Shown here one piece after another: positions 34,633 through 43,543 of a stretch of DNA of 64,000 nt. A model generated the notes under the pieces. It made no database searches. It was not told the DNA's origin and was given only the letters and a program-made list of their open reading frames with translations. The DNA is from a virus. How positions within the stretch are numbered: position 1 is the stretch's first letter; the number at the start of each line of letters is the position of its first letter. The position numbers and the translations under genes were made by a program. Location of the stretch: positions 1-64,000 of the IMG/VR virus record IMGVR_UViG_3300022562_001652; one strand, written 5' to 3'.

Positions 34633-36056
34633 GACTGCCTCCAATACCTGTTTCGAAGATGGGACACCGTCACGAACTCGTGTTCCTTTTCGAAGCCGAG
34701 GAAGCGCATCCCTTCCAGCCCTGCGGCACATCCCGTCGTTCCAGAGCCGCAGAATGGGTCGAGTATTAAGCCACCGGACGGTGTGATCAAGCGAATGAGC
34801 CAACGCATGAGCTCGATCCCCTTCAAAGTCGGGTGTCGGTTGTGGCGACCACCACGCCTACCAGCTCCAGCACGAGGATCGTTCAGTCCCAACGATCCGT
34901 CCTTCCGATCGGTGGCTTCGCCACCACTCCTGGTCGGCAGTGACTCGCACCCTGCGTCGCGCTCCTTGGACGACGGCTTAGCAACGTAATAGAAACGCGA
35001 TGCGCCACCAGCAGAAGCGTAGCCTTGATCAGCTCTGGGTCTTCCTTGACGTTTGCCATAGGTGTTGGCTTGTTTGTTACCCCCACCGTTACGCTGCACA
35101 GCGGTACCGTCTCTCTTAAAGCCACTCTGCTCATCGAGAAGTTTCACAGGACACCCTGGAAGACAGTCCCAGACCACCACGGTCTGCTCGCCGTGCAGCA
35201 CGCCGTTAGGCTTCGGGTCCCCGCTCGGGGCAAGCGGCTGGGCGAAACCCCCTCCACGCTTGCCGCTGTGAAACGTCTGACCAAGAGTTTTGTTCCCATG
35301 GCCTCGGCAAGCCTCGCCACGCTTCAGGTACTTGCAGGTCTGGGCCCGGGAGTCCCCTTTCAAAACGACCTCTCCCACAGGCGCGCACCACTCCGTGTGC
35401 GAGAAGACGAGGTGAGCAGGCCATCTCCCACCATCCTTGCCTGCGATAGGAGACCTGTTGATGCTTCGCCATCCGCTAGGACCGACCGTGGTCTTGCCGA
35501 GAACGCGCTCGAGCTTCTCCGTCGTCGCGATGCGACAGGCATCCACGTTCAGAGCTCCTGTTCCATAGATCTCCATGACCTGATCGACGGTCATGCCTTT
35601 TGGAAAAGGCTTGCGTCCCAAGATCCAGTGCTCCGCCGCCGGCTTCATACATGTTCCCCTGCTGCCTTTACGTGGTCCCTTGGCGAAGCCTGTTCCGAAC
35701 AGGTGGTGGACGATGTCCCTGATCTCGAAGCCCGCGTCTTCGACAGCCGTCCCCGTGCGATGAGAAGTTCGAGGAAGAGCCCATACGAGAGAGTACCCAC
35801 CTGGCTTGAGCACGCGAAGGCACTCTCTCATGATCGACGACAGCCACGACGTCCACAGCACACGGCCGCCTCTATCGCTGTCCCACGCCTTGCCCATGAA
35901 GCCGATGCCTGCGGGCGGGTCCGTCACGACGGCGTCGACGCTTTTGTCTGGGAGAAGACGAAGGAGATCGAGGCTGTCGCCCTGCACGACCGACCATCCT
36001 GGTTTCCCAGCGACAACGGACGAGAAAATCCTTTTCTTCCTCTTCCTCATCCTCAT
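34629..36056 (-). CDS. N4-cytosine/N6-adenine DNA methyltransferase (beta class)
   Basis: GDSL...VTDPPAG, HPTLK, ILDPFCGSGTTG. Confidence 0.93.
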   Translation of the reverse strand: MRMRKRKKRIFSSVVAGKPGWSVVQGDSLDLLRLLPDKSVDAVVTDPPAGIGFMGKAWDSDRGGRVLWTSWLSSIMRECLRVLKPGGYSLVWALPRTSHRTGTAVEDAGFEIRDIVHHLFGTGFAKGPRKGSRGTCMKPAAEHWILGRKPFPKGMTVDQVMEIYGTGALNVDACRIATTEKLERVLGKTTVGPSGWRSINRSPIAGKDGGRWPAHLVFSHTEWCAPVGEVVLKGDSRAQTCKYLKRGEACRGHGNKTLGQTFHSGKRGGGFAQPLAPSGDPKPNGVLHGEQTVVVWDCLPGCPVKLLDEQSGFKRDGTAVQRNGGGNKQANTYGKRQGRPRADQGYASAGGASRFYYVAKPSSKERDAGCESLPTRSGGEATDRKDGSLGLNDPRAGAGRRGGRHNRHPTLKGIELMRWLIRLITPSGGLILDPFCGSGTTGCAAGLEGMRFLGFEKEHEFVTVSHLRNRYWRQS

Positions 36057-36655
36057 GGTCCTGAAGGAGGAAGGGTACAATGCGTCTGCGCAATGCGCAG
36101 GATCTCGTCCCAGTCAGATGACCGACGGAAGCCTGTCCAAAAGATGCTCCCCACCACGTTGTAGGGTGTCGCCCAGAGCACAGGCGTGGTGCCTTTGAAT
36201 CGCCAATACTCTCCCCAGGCCGCTACGTGCTTCTCTTTGTCGTCTACGAACACGTCTCCGTGGATGAAGTACTTCTGCGCCGTGAAGATGATCTCGTCGT
36301 CCGCGAAGCCCATGCGCTTGCGGAGCCACGTATGTCTCTCGTAGTGCCAGTACGGGCTCGAGTGCCACGGAGTCGTGACACAGAAGACGTCGGCCACCTC
36401 GCGCAGAGCCTGTACACCATCTTTGGCTCCTGGTAGTACAGCAAGAGAGGCACAAAACCCTTGCGAGGTGACAAGGCTATTAACTTCTCTCTTTTCATTA
36501 GGGGTCAGCTCGCAGAACTCGTGAAGCTCGTACATGTTTATGTTTTCATGGTCATACGATCTGCCGGTCGCAATCTGTACTGCTTCGATGTAACTTTTTC
36601 CGAAGTCGGCGAAGACACCGTCGCAGTCTAAGAGAACACGCGCTCTTCTCTTCAT
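36053..36655 (-). CDS. 5'(3')-deoxyribonucleotidase (HAD family)
   Basis: LLDCDGVFADF, VTTP, K...GDVFVDD, PYN. Confidence 0.88.
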   Translation of the reverse strand: MKRRARVLLDCDGVFADFGKSYIEAVQIATGRSYDHENINMYELHEFCELTPNEKREVNSLVTSQGFCASLAVLPGAKDGVQALREVADVFCVTTPWHSSPYWHYERHTWLRKRMGFADDEIIFTAQKYFIHGDVFVDDKEKHVAAWGEYWRFKGTTPVLWATPYNVVGSIFWTGFRRSSDWDEILRIAQTHCTLPPSGP

Positions 36656-37302
36656 CTCTTCTTTCTCCTTCCACGACACCTAGAACACGTCAGGTAACCC
36701 TTGGTTCTCTTCCTACCACAAGCGCAAAAGCCCGCCTTTCGACGAGCCGTCCTTCTCTCTCGTGCTTTCTGATTCTCCTCGAGAACACAACCTCTGCATA
36801 CTCGTGTAAGACTACCCCACCCACAAATCACGCAGATTCCACTCCGTGCCTCTTCGTCTCGACGACGTCTCTTGCGCTCACGCTGTCGAGCAGCCATGGC
36901 TCCCTTCGTGTGCTCCTCGCATCGGTTTCCTTCGTGAGCAGGACGAGAGCACCAAAGAAGGTCACAGAGGCCCATGCTTCGACGTTCCTCAATACTGTGC
37001 AGAAAATTATTCCTGACTTCCTTGTTTCGCCGTTCGAGAGCCCTCTTACGAGAATCGTGGTTCTTCTTCTCCCTGTGCCTTTCACAGAGAACCTTGCCTC
37101 CGGTAGAAGCACCACACTGCAAGCACAGCCCTTGCCTTCTACGCTCTCTTCGAAGCTGTCGGTGTTTCTCGTTGTTCTCTTCCAAATGTCTTGCACAGAA
37201 CTGACGCCCTTTGAGAGGCTCTGTGCAGCTGATTACTCGACAAAGACCTGCTCGGCGTTTTTCGTACTCACGTTCTTTCAGCTTCTTGAGCTGACGCTTC
37301 AT
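36652..37302 (-). CDS. Cys/Arg-rich repeat protein (RRxxGLCxxC...CxxH units)
   Basis: Five repeated Zn-finger-like units. Confidence 0.7.
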   Translation of the reverse strand: MKRQLKKLKEREYEKRRAGLCRVISCTEPLKGRQFCARHLEENNEKHRQLRRERRRQGLCLQCGASTGGKVLCERHREKKNHDSRKRALERRNKEVRNNFLHSIEERRSMGLCDLLWCSRPAHEGNRCEEHTKGAMAARQRERKRRRRDEEARSGICVICGWGSLTRVCRGCVLEENQKARERRTARRKAGFCACGRKRTKGYLTCSRCRGRRKKR

Positions 37303-37618
37303 CGTCCTTGGCCTCTTCGTACTCCACGATGACGCAAAGCCTCTTCAAACGCTTACCTACGAGAGGACGAAAGGCCTCCTGTAAGGTACTACAGCAGAGA
37401 CGCCTCCTGATAGACGGATCGGGAGGAGCGACCAGGTGTTCGCTGTCGGAAGAACACTCGTCGATCACAATTCGTTGCTCAGGACCCGCCAAGCGCACTA
37501 CTGACGGCCGGCCGACATAGCGCTGAAACTGGTATTCGTAGTGACTGCTGATAGGAACCCCGTTTTCACAGAACGGACATTTGAAATCATCAACGCGTAC
37601 AGGGACGCCGCTACTCAT
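37268..37618 (-). CDS. Hypothetical protein
   Basis: AAGGA RBS; CPFC. Confidence 0.5.
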   Translation of the reverse strand: MSSGVPVRVDDFKCPFCENGVPISSHYEYQFQRYVGRPSVVRLAGPEQRIVIDECSSDSEHLVAPPDPSIRRRLCCSTLQEAFRPLVGKRLKRLCVIVEYEEAKDDEASAQEAERT

Positions 37619-37826
37619 CACAGATTCCTTCTTTCTTGGCAAACCACATCGGCACTTCGATCTCCTCCCGTTCGTCCCCCTCTTCCAGATCATCCGGATC
37701 AGGGTCTGTGATGATGCTCTTGGGGATCCACCGCTCTTCGCCTTCGTAAAGCACGAGAACTGCCTTCTCAGTGACCTTGATCACGTCTACGTCCTCGAGC
37801 CTGTAGAGCTCGTCATAGTCACGCAC
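37611..37826 (-). CDS. Small conserved-looking phage protein
   Basis: TEKAVLV...WIPKS...IEVPMWFAKKEG motif; GGAGG RBS. Confidence 0.75.
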   Translation of the reverse strand: MRDYDELYRLEDVDVIKVTEKAVLVLYEGEERWIPKSIITDPDPDDLEEGDEREEIEVPMWFAKKEGICDE

Positions 37827-38400
37827 CGTCTGTCTCCTCCGCCTGTTCGTTTTCTGTCTGAGCTTCCTCTCCGAAGAACTTCTTTTCCAGGTAGCGAGCG
37901 ACAAGATCCAGGACTGAAGCTGCGTACTTGAGATCCTTGTCAGGATCCCCTGTCATACCCTCTGGGGGAAAGCGCGTCCCTCGAAGCTTCGAGGTAAAGG
38001 CCTTCAGTGGAATACCATACTGCAGACCGATGGAGAGCACGATCGCCACAGCATCCAGAGCGCCGCGCGCCAAGCCTCCGGTCTGTCCAACGCGGAGAAA
38101 GACCTCGCCAAGCCTCCCGTCTTCATATGTGTTGGGAGTGATGTACACGTCGACCGGACCGTCTGCAGAACGGATGGTGAAGTGCCTGGTAAAACCATTC
38201 CTCTCGTCAGGCAGACGTTCTCGGAATCTTTTCTTCTTGACGGATCTTTCTACCTCAAGAATAGCGGCTGTCTCTATCAAATCGACTACATCGAATATTT
38301 CTTTGAGAAGAGGCCTGCTCTTCTTGCATTCCGCATCCACCTTGTGGAGGTAGGTCCTGAGTAGAACGAACAAGTCCAAGTCGCTAACCTTGTCGTTCAT
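37819..38400 (-). CDS. Stand-alone TSCPD-domain protein (class II ribonucleotide reductase C-terminal domain)
   Basis: RERLPDERNGFTRHF...YIT...YEDGRLGEVF...SIGLQYGIPL...F.P.G...SVLD. Confidence 0.85.
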   Translation of the reverse strand: MNDKVSDLDLFVLLRTYLHKVDAECKKSRPLLKEIFDVVDLIETAAILEVERSVKKKRFRERLPDERNGFTRHFTIRSADGPVDVYITPNTYEDGRLGEVFLRVGQTGGLARGALDAVAIVLSIGLQYGIPLKAFTSKLRGTRFPPEGMTGDPDKDLKYAASVLDLVARYLEKKFFGEEAQTENEQAEETDGA

Positions 38401-39716
38401 ACGCCACGATCCACAACTCGGGCTCGAGACCAGTCCATCGCCACCGGCAGCTCGAAGCCAGCGGGACCTCCCCGGTTCTTGTCCAGATAGATTCTCCCGA
38501 TCATGGCCTTCTTCTCCTTGTCGTCTTGGTTGAGGACGAGCATCAAATCGCAGACATGCGCTTTCTTGATCGAATCGGACACGTTCTTCCCTGTCGCCGT
38601 TCCCCGCCCGATCCCCTCCCTGTTGAGCTGCGAAGCCGTCCACCCTGCCAGATTGCGCTCTCCAAGCAGAGCACGCGTCTCGACATAGACGCTGCCCTGA
38701 TCTTCGTAAGCGTCGTTCTTCTTCACTTCCGCAGAGGGAACCATGAGCTCGCACGTGTCGATCACCAAGAGATCTGGATAGAAGCCTATCTGCCCTTCCA
38801 GACGCAGCAGGTGAGATCGGAGAGCACTGACAGTGAGCGACATGGGAGGAAAGTACTTCACGACGAGGAACTCCCCCAACTTCGTTCCCAGATCGTTCAC
38901 GTTCTCCCGAATCACGTTCTCCTCTTCTATGATATCGGAGAGGGAGACGTCGGCGAACCCGGCGTCGAAGCGTTCGCACACCATGTCTTCGTCGAGCTCC
39001 ATGGTGACGTAGAGCACCTTCGCGCCGCTCTCCAGGATAGCAGCACGACTAAACGAGATCAGTGTGCTCGACTTTCCCGAACCATAAGCCCCAAGGACGC
39101 AGCCCAACGCCTTTCTCCAAATCCCTCCAGCACGGGTGTATTCATCCACGCGTGTGCCTGTAGAGATTCCCTTTTCCACGGCTTCCTTCCTCCTCTCTAT
39201 CCGGCTCTCTAGATCACGCACATACAACTGCCCCACCCCCCCGGCACGTGCAGCGTTCACGTTCAGGATCCGACTCACTTCACGATCCACAGATTCGAAG
39301 TCCTGGATCTTGAGATGGTCGACGCTCTTGATGATAGCGTCGCGAATCACCTGGTTCTTGACGAACTCGAAGATCGCGTCCTTCACGAAGGAACGATCCT
39401 TCACCGTCTTCTTCAAACGAAGTATGGCCGCCTCCGCCTCTCCTTCGTTTTCTTTGTGCAAGAGGCGGCCGATCTGCATGTCCTTCCTGAGACGCATGCG
39501 AATCGCGTCCAGACTCGCCCCCGTCCCGTACCTCCGAGCATGAGAAAGCAAGACGTTAGCAAGCCACCTCCGCACTCTGCCATCGAACAGCCGATGATCC
39601 AGGTACTCGGCTATCGCACAACAGAAATTCGGATCTTGGTACAAGGTCCGAAGCACGCGTCCTTGAAAAGCGGTATCGAACTCAACGCTCTTCGGCTTTT
39701 CGCCACCCTCTGCCAC
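38397..39716 (-). CDS. Replicative DnaB-like helicase
   Basis: GAYGSGKS, YVTMEL, LLVID, WTASQLNR, SDSIKK, DKNRGG. Confidence 0.9.
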   Translation of the reverse strand: MAEGGEKPKSVEFDTAFQGRVLRTLYQDPNFCCAIAEYLDHRLFDGRVRRWLANVLLSHARRYGTGASLDAIRMRLRKDMQIGRLLHKENEGEAEAAILRLKKTVKDRSFVKDAIFEFVKNQVIRDAIIKSVDHLKIQDFESVDREVSRILNVNAARAGGVGQLYVRDLESRIERRKEAVEKGISTGTRVDEYTRAGGIWRKALGCVLGAYGSGKSSTLISFSRAAILESGAKVLYVTMELDEDMVCERFDAGFADVSLSDIIEEENVIRENVNDLGTKLGEFLVVKYFPPMSLTVSALRSHLLRLEGQIGFYPDLLVIDTCELMVPSAEVKKNDAYEDQGSVYVETRALLGERNLAGWTASQLNREGIGRGTATGKNVSDSIKKAHVCDLMLVLNQDDKEKKAMIGRIYLDKNRGGPAGFELPVAMDWSRARVVDRGV

Positions 39717-39720
39717 TTTT

Positions 39721-40227
39721 CTACCCGCCGCAAGCAAACGGGAATCTTCGCAAGACCTCTTCAGGGGTGATCCCTAACAAACAGGCCATGCTCTTGAGCT
39801 TCCTGTCGCGGCGAATCTCGGCCGCAACGAGTGCGTCTGGGTTGAACCCCTTCTCCTCGCCTCCTGGTCGACTACGTCGATCATGGGCTATAGACTCCGC
39901 CTCTGTTCTCTTGGCCTTCCCACCCTCTTGCACAGAACGCAACCTTCGTTCAGCTCCTGGTCCTGTCAGATGACCCGGCTTGGGGAGGAGCGTCTTTCCT
40001 TTGATGGAGGACACTGCATCGAACACCTCGAACTGTGCGCTCACCCACTCTAGTGGGGTAACGCCCAGTCTGGCGCAGTCATGCGCCGCTTCACGAAAAC
40101 GTCCATGATCGCGTTCGATCAGATCCGCAAGAATGACGCTTGGTCTTTTTTTGACGAAGCGATTGATTCGAACATAAAGGCTTTCTGTATAAAGAACCCG
40201 AATCTTTCGAGTCGTTTTTCCTCTCAC
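39721..40227 (-). CDS. Hypothetical protein upstream of the helicase
   Basis: GGAGG RBS before GTG 40227. Confidence 0.55.
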   Translation of the reverse strand: MRGKTTRKIRVLYTESLYVRINRFVKKRPSVILADLIERDHGRFREAAHDCARLGVTPLEWVSAQFEVFDAVSSIKGKTLLPKPGHLTGPGAERRLRSVQEGGKAKRTEAESIAHDRRSRPGGEEKGFNPDALVAAEIRRDRKLKSMACLLGITPEEVLRRFPFACGG

Positions 40228-40238
40228 GTAAAGACCTC

Positions 40239-40586
40239 CTAGCTCGAAGCATCCTCTGGGTAGTAAGGTTTCGCCTTGAGAAAGGCCCTGTTCCGTTCGA
40301 TCCTTTCTTTCCTCCTCTCTAAGCAAAAAGAACACAGAAATGGCCTCCCCGCATGCCCGAAGATCACGTGTCGTGTTCCCTTCCTCCTTCGACATGACAT
40401 GCACAGACCGTCCTCAGGATCGTCAAAGACGATCCGATCGCAAGCCTTGGTGGTGCTTCCATAAAGAGGTACGGGAGGAGGGGCTTTACCAGACCCTGTT
40501 CTGCACCACGGGTCTTCGTGACTCGGGGCTGTCCTAGGCAACGCTGGGAATGGGTTAGGGAGACGGGCGCCAGGACGACTCCTCAT
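40239..40586 (-). CDS. Hypothetical protein with CxxC...CxxC
   Basis: CMSC...CSFC; fills the operon gap. Confidence 0.45.
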   Translation of the reverse strand: MRSRPGARLPNPFPALPRTAPSHEDPWCRTGSGKAPPPVPLYGSTTKACDRIVFDDPEDGLCMSCRRRKGTRHVIFGHAGRPFLCSFCLERRKERIERNRAFLKAKPYYPEDASS

Positions 40587-40587
40587 C

Positions 40588-41202
40588 TCAGAACCCCCAG
40601 CGAGGAAAAAGCTTCCCACTACGAGCCTCCTCCACAGTAGCTCGCACCCACTTCTCTGCTGAACTGGAGCGCCACATCCATAGGTAGCCGGAACCCGCGA
40701 AGACGTCGGTGAGGAACTTGATGTACGACCCACGAGCTTCTTCGCTGCCCAGCCAACCAAGAAGGTAGGCAACGGCTATGCTCTCTCGATAAGCCTCTCG
40801 TTCGAACTTGGCGCGCAACGTGTAGAAAAACGGAAGAGGGAGAAAGAGGTAGGCAAAAGAGAACAACGGGATGTTGAAACGACCTGCCCAGCTCCCAAGA
40901 GGCCAGGAATATGCTTGGACGACGTGTACTGCTTCATGGTGAAGGAGAGACCACCTTCTTTCCGGAGACCACGAACCGAAGTTCTCAGGAACAAAGGTCG
41001 TAGCCGCAATCGTAGTCGCGTAGCTGGAAGCGTATCGTTTGTTGAACAAGCCTATGAGGAACCACAGCGCTCTCCAAAACCAAGAGCTCTCGCTTCGCTT
41101 CACGATCTTGTACTTGCCAGCGTATCGGCTTCGGATTTCTAACACGAAGCCATCCACTGCTTTGTCGGACACAGCGATCAGGTTGGTTGATCCCGTACTC
41201 AT
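40588..41202 (-). CDS. Membrane-associated zincin metallopeptidase-like protein
   Basis: LHHEAVHVVQ and FEREAY; hydrophobic segments. Confidence 0.75.
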   Translation of the reverse strand: MSTGSTNLIAVSDKAVDGFVLEIRSRYAGKYKIVKRSESSWFWRALWFLIGLFNKRYASSYATTIAATTFVPENFGSWSPERRWSLLHHEAVHVVQAYSWPLGSWAGRFNIPLFSFAYLFLPLPFFYTLRAKFEREAYRESIAVAYLLGWLGSEEARGSYIKFLTDVFAGSGYLWMWRSSSAEKWVRATVEEARSGKLFPRWGF

Positions 41203-42617
41203 GAAACCACCACCTTGAAGAATTCACGCTGATACGTCGAGATGCGTTCACGAGAGTGCTTGGCCAACAACGGGTGTGCTGTATCGGCTAGATCGACGAC
41301 AAGTACCACGTTCTCTCCCTCTTTCTTCTTGCGAAGCCCTCGTCCCACTTTCTGAAGAGTACCTCGGAATGACTTACCACCATCCGCGATGATCAAAGCT
41401 TCGATGATCGGAATGTCCACGCCTTCGCCGAACACTGGGGACGCTATGAGAACAGGGAAGATACGTTCGGCGAACTCCTCTTTGACCCCCTCGATCACCG
41501 ACACAGGTACTCTGGCATGCACGAACTTGTGGCGGATCTTCTGCACTTCGAAGAGAGATGAAAGAATCTCCCCGTGCCACACCTGCGCTACGAGAATGAG
41601 TACCTGCTTCCCGTCGTTCACCAGCGAAGTTGCCTTCCGCACAATCGTGGCGTTTCGATCGGGGTTTTCGACGATCCCAGTCTTGTAGATAGCCGACCAC
41701 TTCCACTCCCCGTCTAACGAAGGGGTGTCGTATCGCAGAATCTCGACCGTGGGTTTGGCGAGGTACCCAGCCTTGATGAGCTCGTCGCTCTTCACCTCCA
41801 AGAGGACGGGCCCCGTCGCTGCTTCGACCATCATGCGATCACCTTCGTTGGCCCAGGGCGTGGCAGATAGTCCGAAACGAAAAGAGGCACTGCTGCAAGC
41901 CTGAGATACAGGGAAATGCGTAGCTGCTCGCTGATGGTGCAGCTCGTCCAAGATCAACACGTCTCTCTTAGGAAGCCACGATTTGAAAGGGTTCTTCAGT
42001 CTCTTGCGAAAGAGACTGTTCACGATCCCTACGGTGATCTGTCTTGGGAAGAAAGCCCCGTTCCCAGCCAGGCCTATGTCCCCATGTGGGATCCCGAGGT
42101 ATCTGCTGAGATCCTTACGTGCCTGCTCCATGAGCACGCGCGTGTGGACCACGTATAGGATCTCGACATCCTCGTTGTTTGCGAGAAAGTTCTTGATCAA
42201 GGCAGCAGCGACTGCTGTCTTTCCCGCCCCCGTCGCCAGTTTGAGGATGCCCCTTCTGGCAAGAAGGGCACGCCGTACTGCTTCGATCTGGTAATCACGA
42301 AGATCTACGCCGTGGAGCATATTTGGTCCAACCTCTTCCACGTTGAACCGAACCTTGCTCAGCTTGCGCTCGTCTATGACGGTGGTCCTCTTTTTGGGCA
42401 GCACCGAGAGGGCTCGAGAAACCAAGCCGGTAGGAAGGGTCCTCTTCAAAACACTAAACAGGTGTTTCTTACCATCCCAGATCCCATTCTTGAAGAGAGT
42501 AGAGAACTGCGCCCCAGGGACATCGAAAGACAAAGCCTGGTCCACAACCAATAGCTCTTTGGCTGTGGCCTCCTCGATGAAAGCCTGGGTCTCAGACAAG
42601 ATACGGACGATCGACAT
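41199..42617 (-). CDS. Superfamily 2 helicase (UvsW-like)
   Basis: LRDYQ, ATGAGKT, DELH, LSATP, GEGVDIP, QKVGRGLR. Confidence 0.93.
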   Translation of the reverse strand: MSIVRILSETQAFIEEATAKELLVVDQALSFDVPGAQFSTLFKNGIWDGKKHLFSVLKRTLPTGLVSRALSVLPKKRTTVIDERKLSKVRFNVEEVGPNMLHGVDLRDYQIEAVRRALLARRGILKLATGAGKTAVAAALIKNFLANNEDVEILYVVHTRVLMEQARKDLSRYLGIPHGDIGLAGNGAFFPRQITVGIVNSLFRKRLKNPFKSWLPKRDVLILDELHHQRAATHFPVSQACSSASFRFGLSATPWANEGDRMMVEAATGPVLLEVKSDELIKAGYLAKPTVEILRYDTPSLDGEWKWSAIYKTGIVENPDRNATIVRKATSLVNDGKQVLILVAQVWHGEILSSLFEVQKIRHKFVHARVPVSVIEGVKEEFAERIFPVLIASPVFGEGVDIPIIEALIIADGGKSFRGTLQKVGRGLRKKKEGENVVLVVDLADTAHPLLAKHSRERISTYQREFFKVVVS

Positions 42618-42657
42618 CGGCTAGGTGTCTCCCTCCACCCACCGGGTACGAAAAAAC

Positions 42658-42687
42658 ATGGTGTCAGATACAGCAGCGCCGAGTCAA
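42658..42687 (-). promoter_or_regulatory. Possible sigma70 promoter at the start of the replication module
   Basis: TTGACT-18 bp-CACCAT in the intergenic gap; -10 is weak. Confidence 0.3.
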
Positions 42688-42694
42688 GGAAAAG

Positions 42695-43096
42695 CTATGT
42701 GAGCGCACACAAAACTACGAGAATCTCCGCTGCGACTCCCGCACTCCGCTCTAAGGTCATAGCCGTGATCGGCGACGTCGACGACGTCAGGAAGAACATA
42801 GAAGAGAACGGAATCGCTTGCAGCGTCCCATCAGCGTGCGTGAGACGGACCAGGATGTTGCCGGATTCGAGAGAACGCACGTACAAGAAGACGGAATCGG
42901 CCTCGACGACATCATCGAAAGCCACCGCTTCCTGGCCGTCGGCATCCAGCGAAATCACCGTGGTCTTGTAGTTCGAAATCTCGAGCTCTTCGAGGAGGTC
43001 CACCTTGAATAACGTCTTGCCTCCCGCCTTGGACACGACAGCCGGCGGAAGCGCGATCTCGAGAGTTCCTGAGAGGACATATCCGTACGTGGTCAT
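42695..43096 (-). CDS. Hypothetical (probable virion) protein
   Basis: AGGAG RBS; beta-rich; end of the structural operon. Confidence 0.6.
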   Translation of the reverse strand: MTTYGYVLSGTLEIALPPAVVSKAGGKTLFKVDLLEELEISNYKTTVISLDADGQEAVAFDDVVEADSVFLYVRSLESGNILVRLTHADGTLQAIPFSSMFFLTSSTSPITAMTLERSAGVAAEILVVLCALT

Positions 43097-43105
43097 GTTG
43101 ATCTC

Positions 43106-43522
43106 CTAGAAACGCGTGATGCTGGGACGTAGAAAGAGAGGAGAGTTACGAACTATGGGCTTCGTCTCTCCTGTGGGAGAAACGACCCAAGCGTCCCATC
43201 GAAGAGGGCCTTTTTTGTAGTCGAGCAGGTAGCTATCCTCGTACACGAGGTAGACCTGCCAAAGTCCAAGGCTCACGTTCTGATCCAAGATCAAGGCTTG
43301 AGCATCGCTGCCGCCAGCGTTCGTGGTTCGCTTCTTGATCGTCGCGACAGTGTCTTCGACGGACACGCGCGCCGTGAAGAAACCCTGCCACCCCGCAATG
43401 TTTCGCAGGTTCTTGGTGAGTGTCTCCCGGACTTCCAGGTTGATGATCTTCGTCTCCCCGATCATGAGATAGAGCGGAACCTCCGGATAGAGTTCTTCTT
43501 CGGTAGTTAAGGAACAGCCCAT
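43106..43522 (-). CDS. BppU N-terminal-like beta-sandwich virion protein
   Basis: IGETKIINLEV...NIAGWQGFFTAR...GLWQVYL...WDAWV pattern. Confidence 0.55.
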   Translation of the reverse strand: MGCSLTTEEELYPEVPLYLMIGETKIINLEVRETLTKNLRNIAGWQGFFTARVSVEDTVATIKKRTTNAGGSDAQALILDQNVSLGLWQVYLVYEDSYLLDYKKGPLRWDAWVVSPTGETKPIVRNSPLFLRPSITRF

Positions 43523-43543
43523 CTCACGAAGCCTCCGTTGAAG

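Noticed and set aside
38401-38979. Long N-terminal extension of the TSCPD ORF (386 aa in the track)
   Set aside because: It overlaps the DnaB-like gene in another frame; ATG 38400 overlapping the helicase stop is the likely start.
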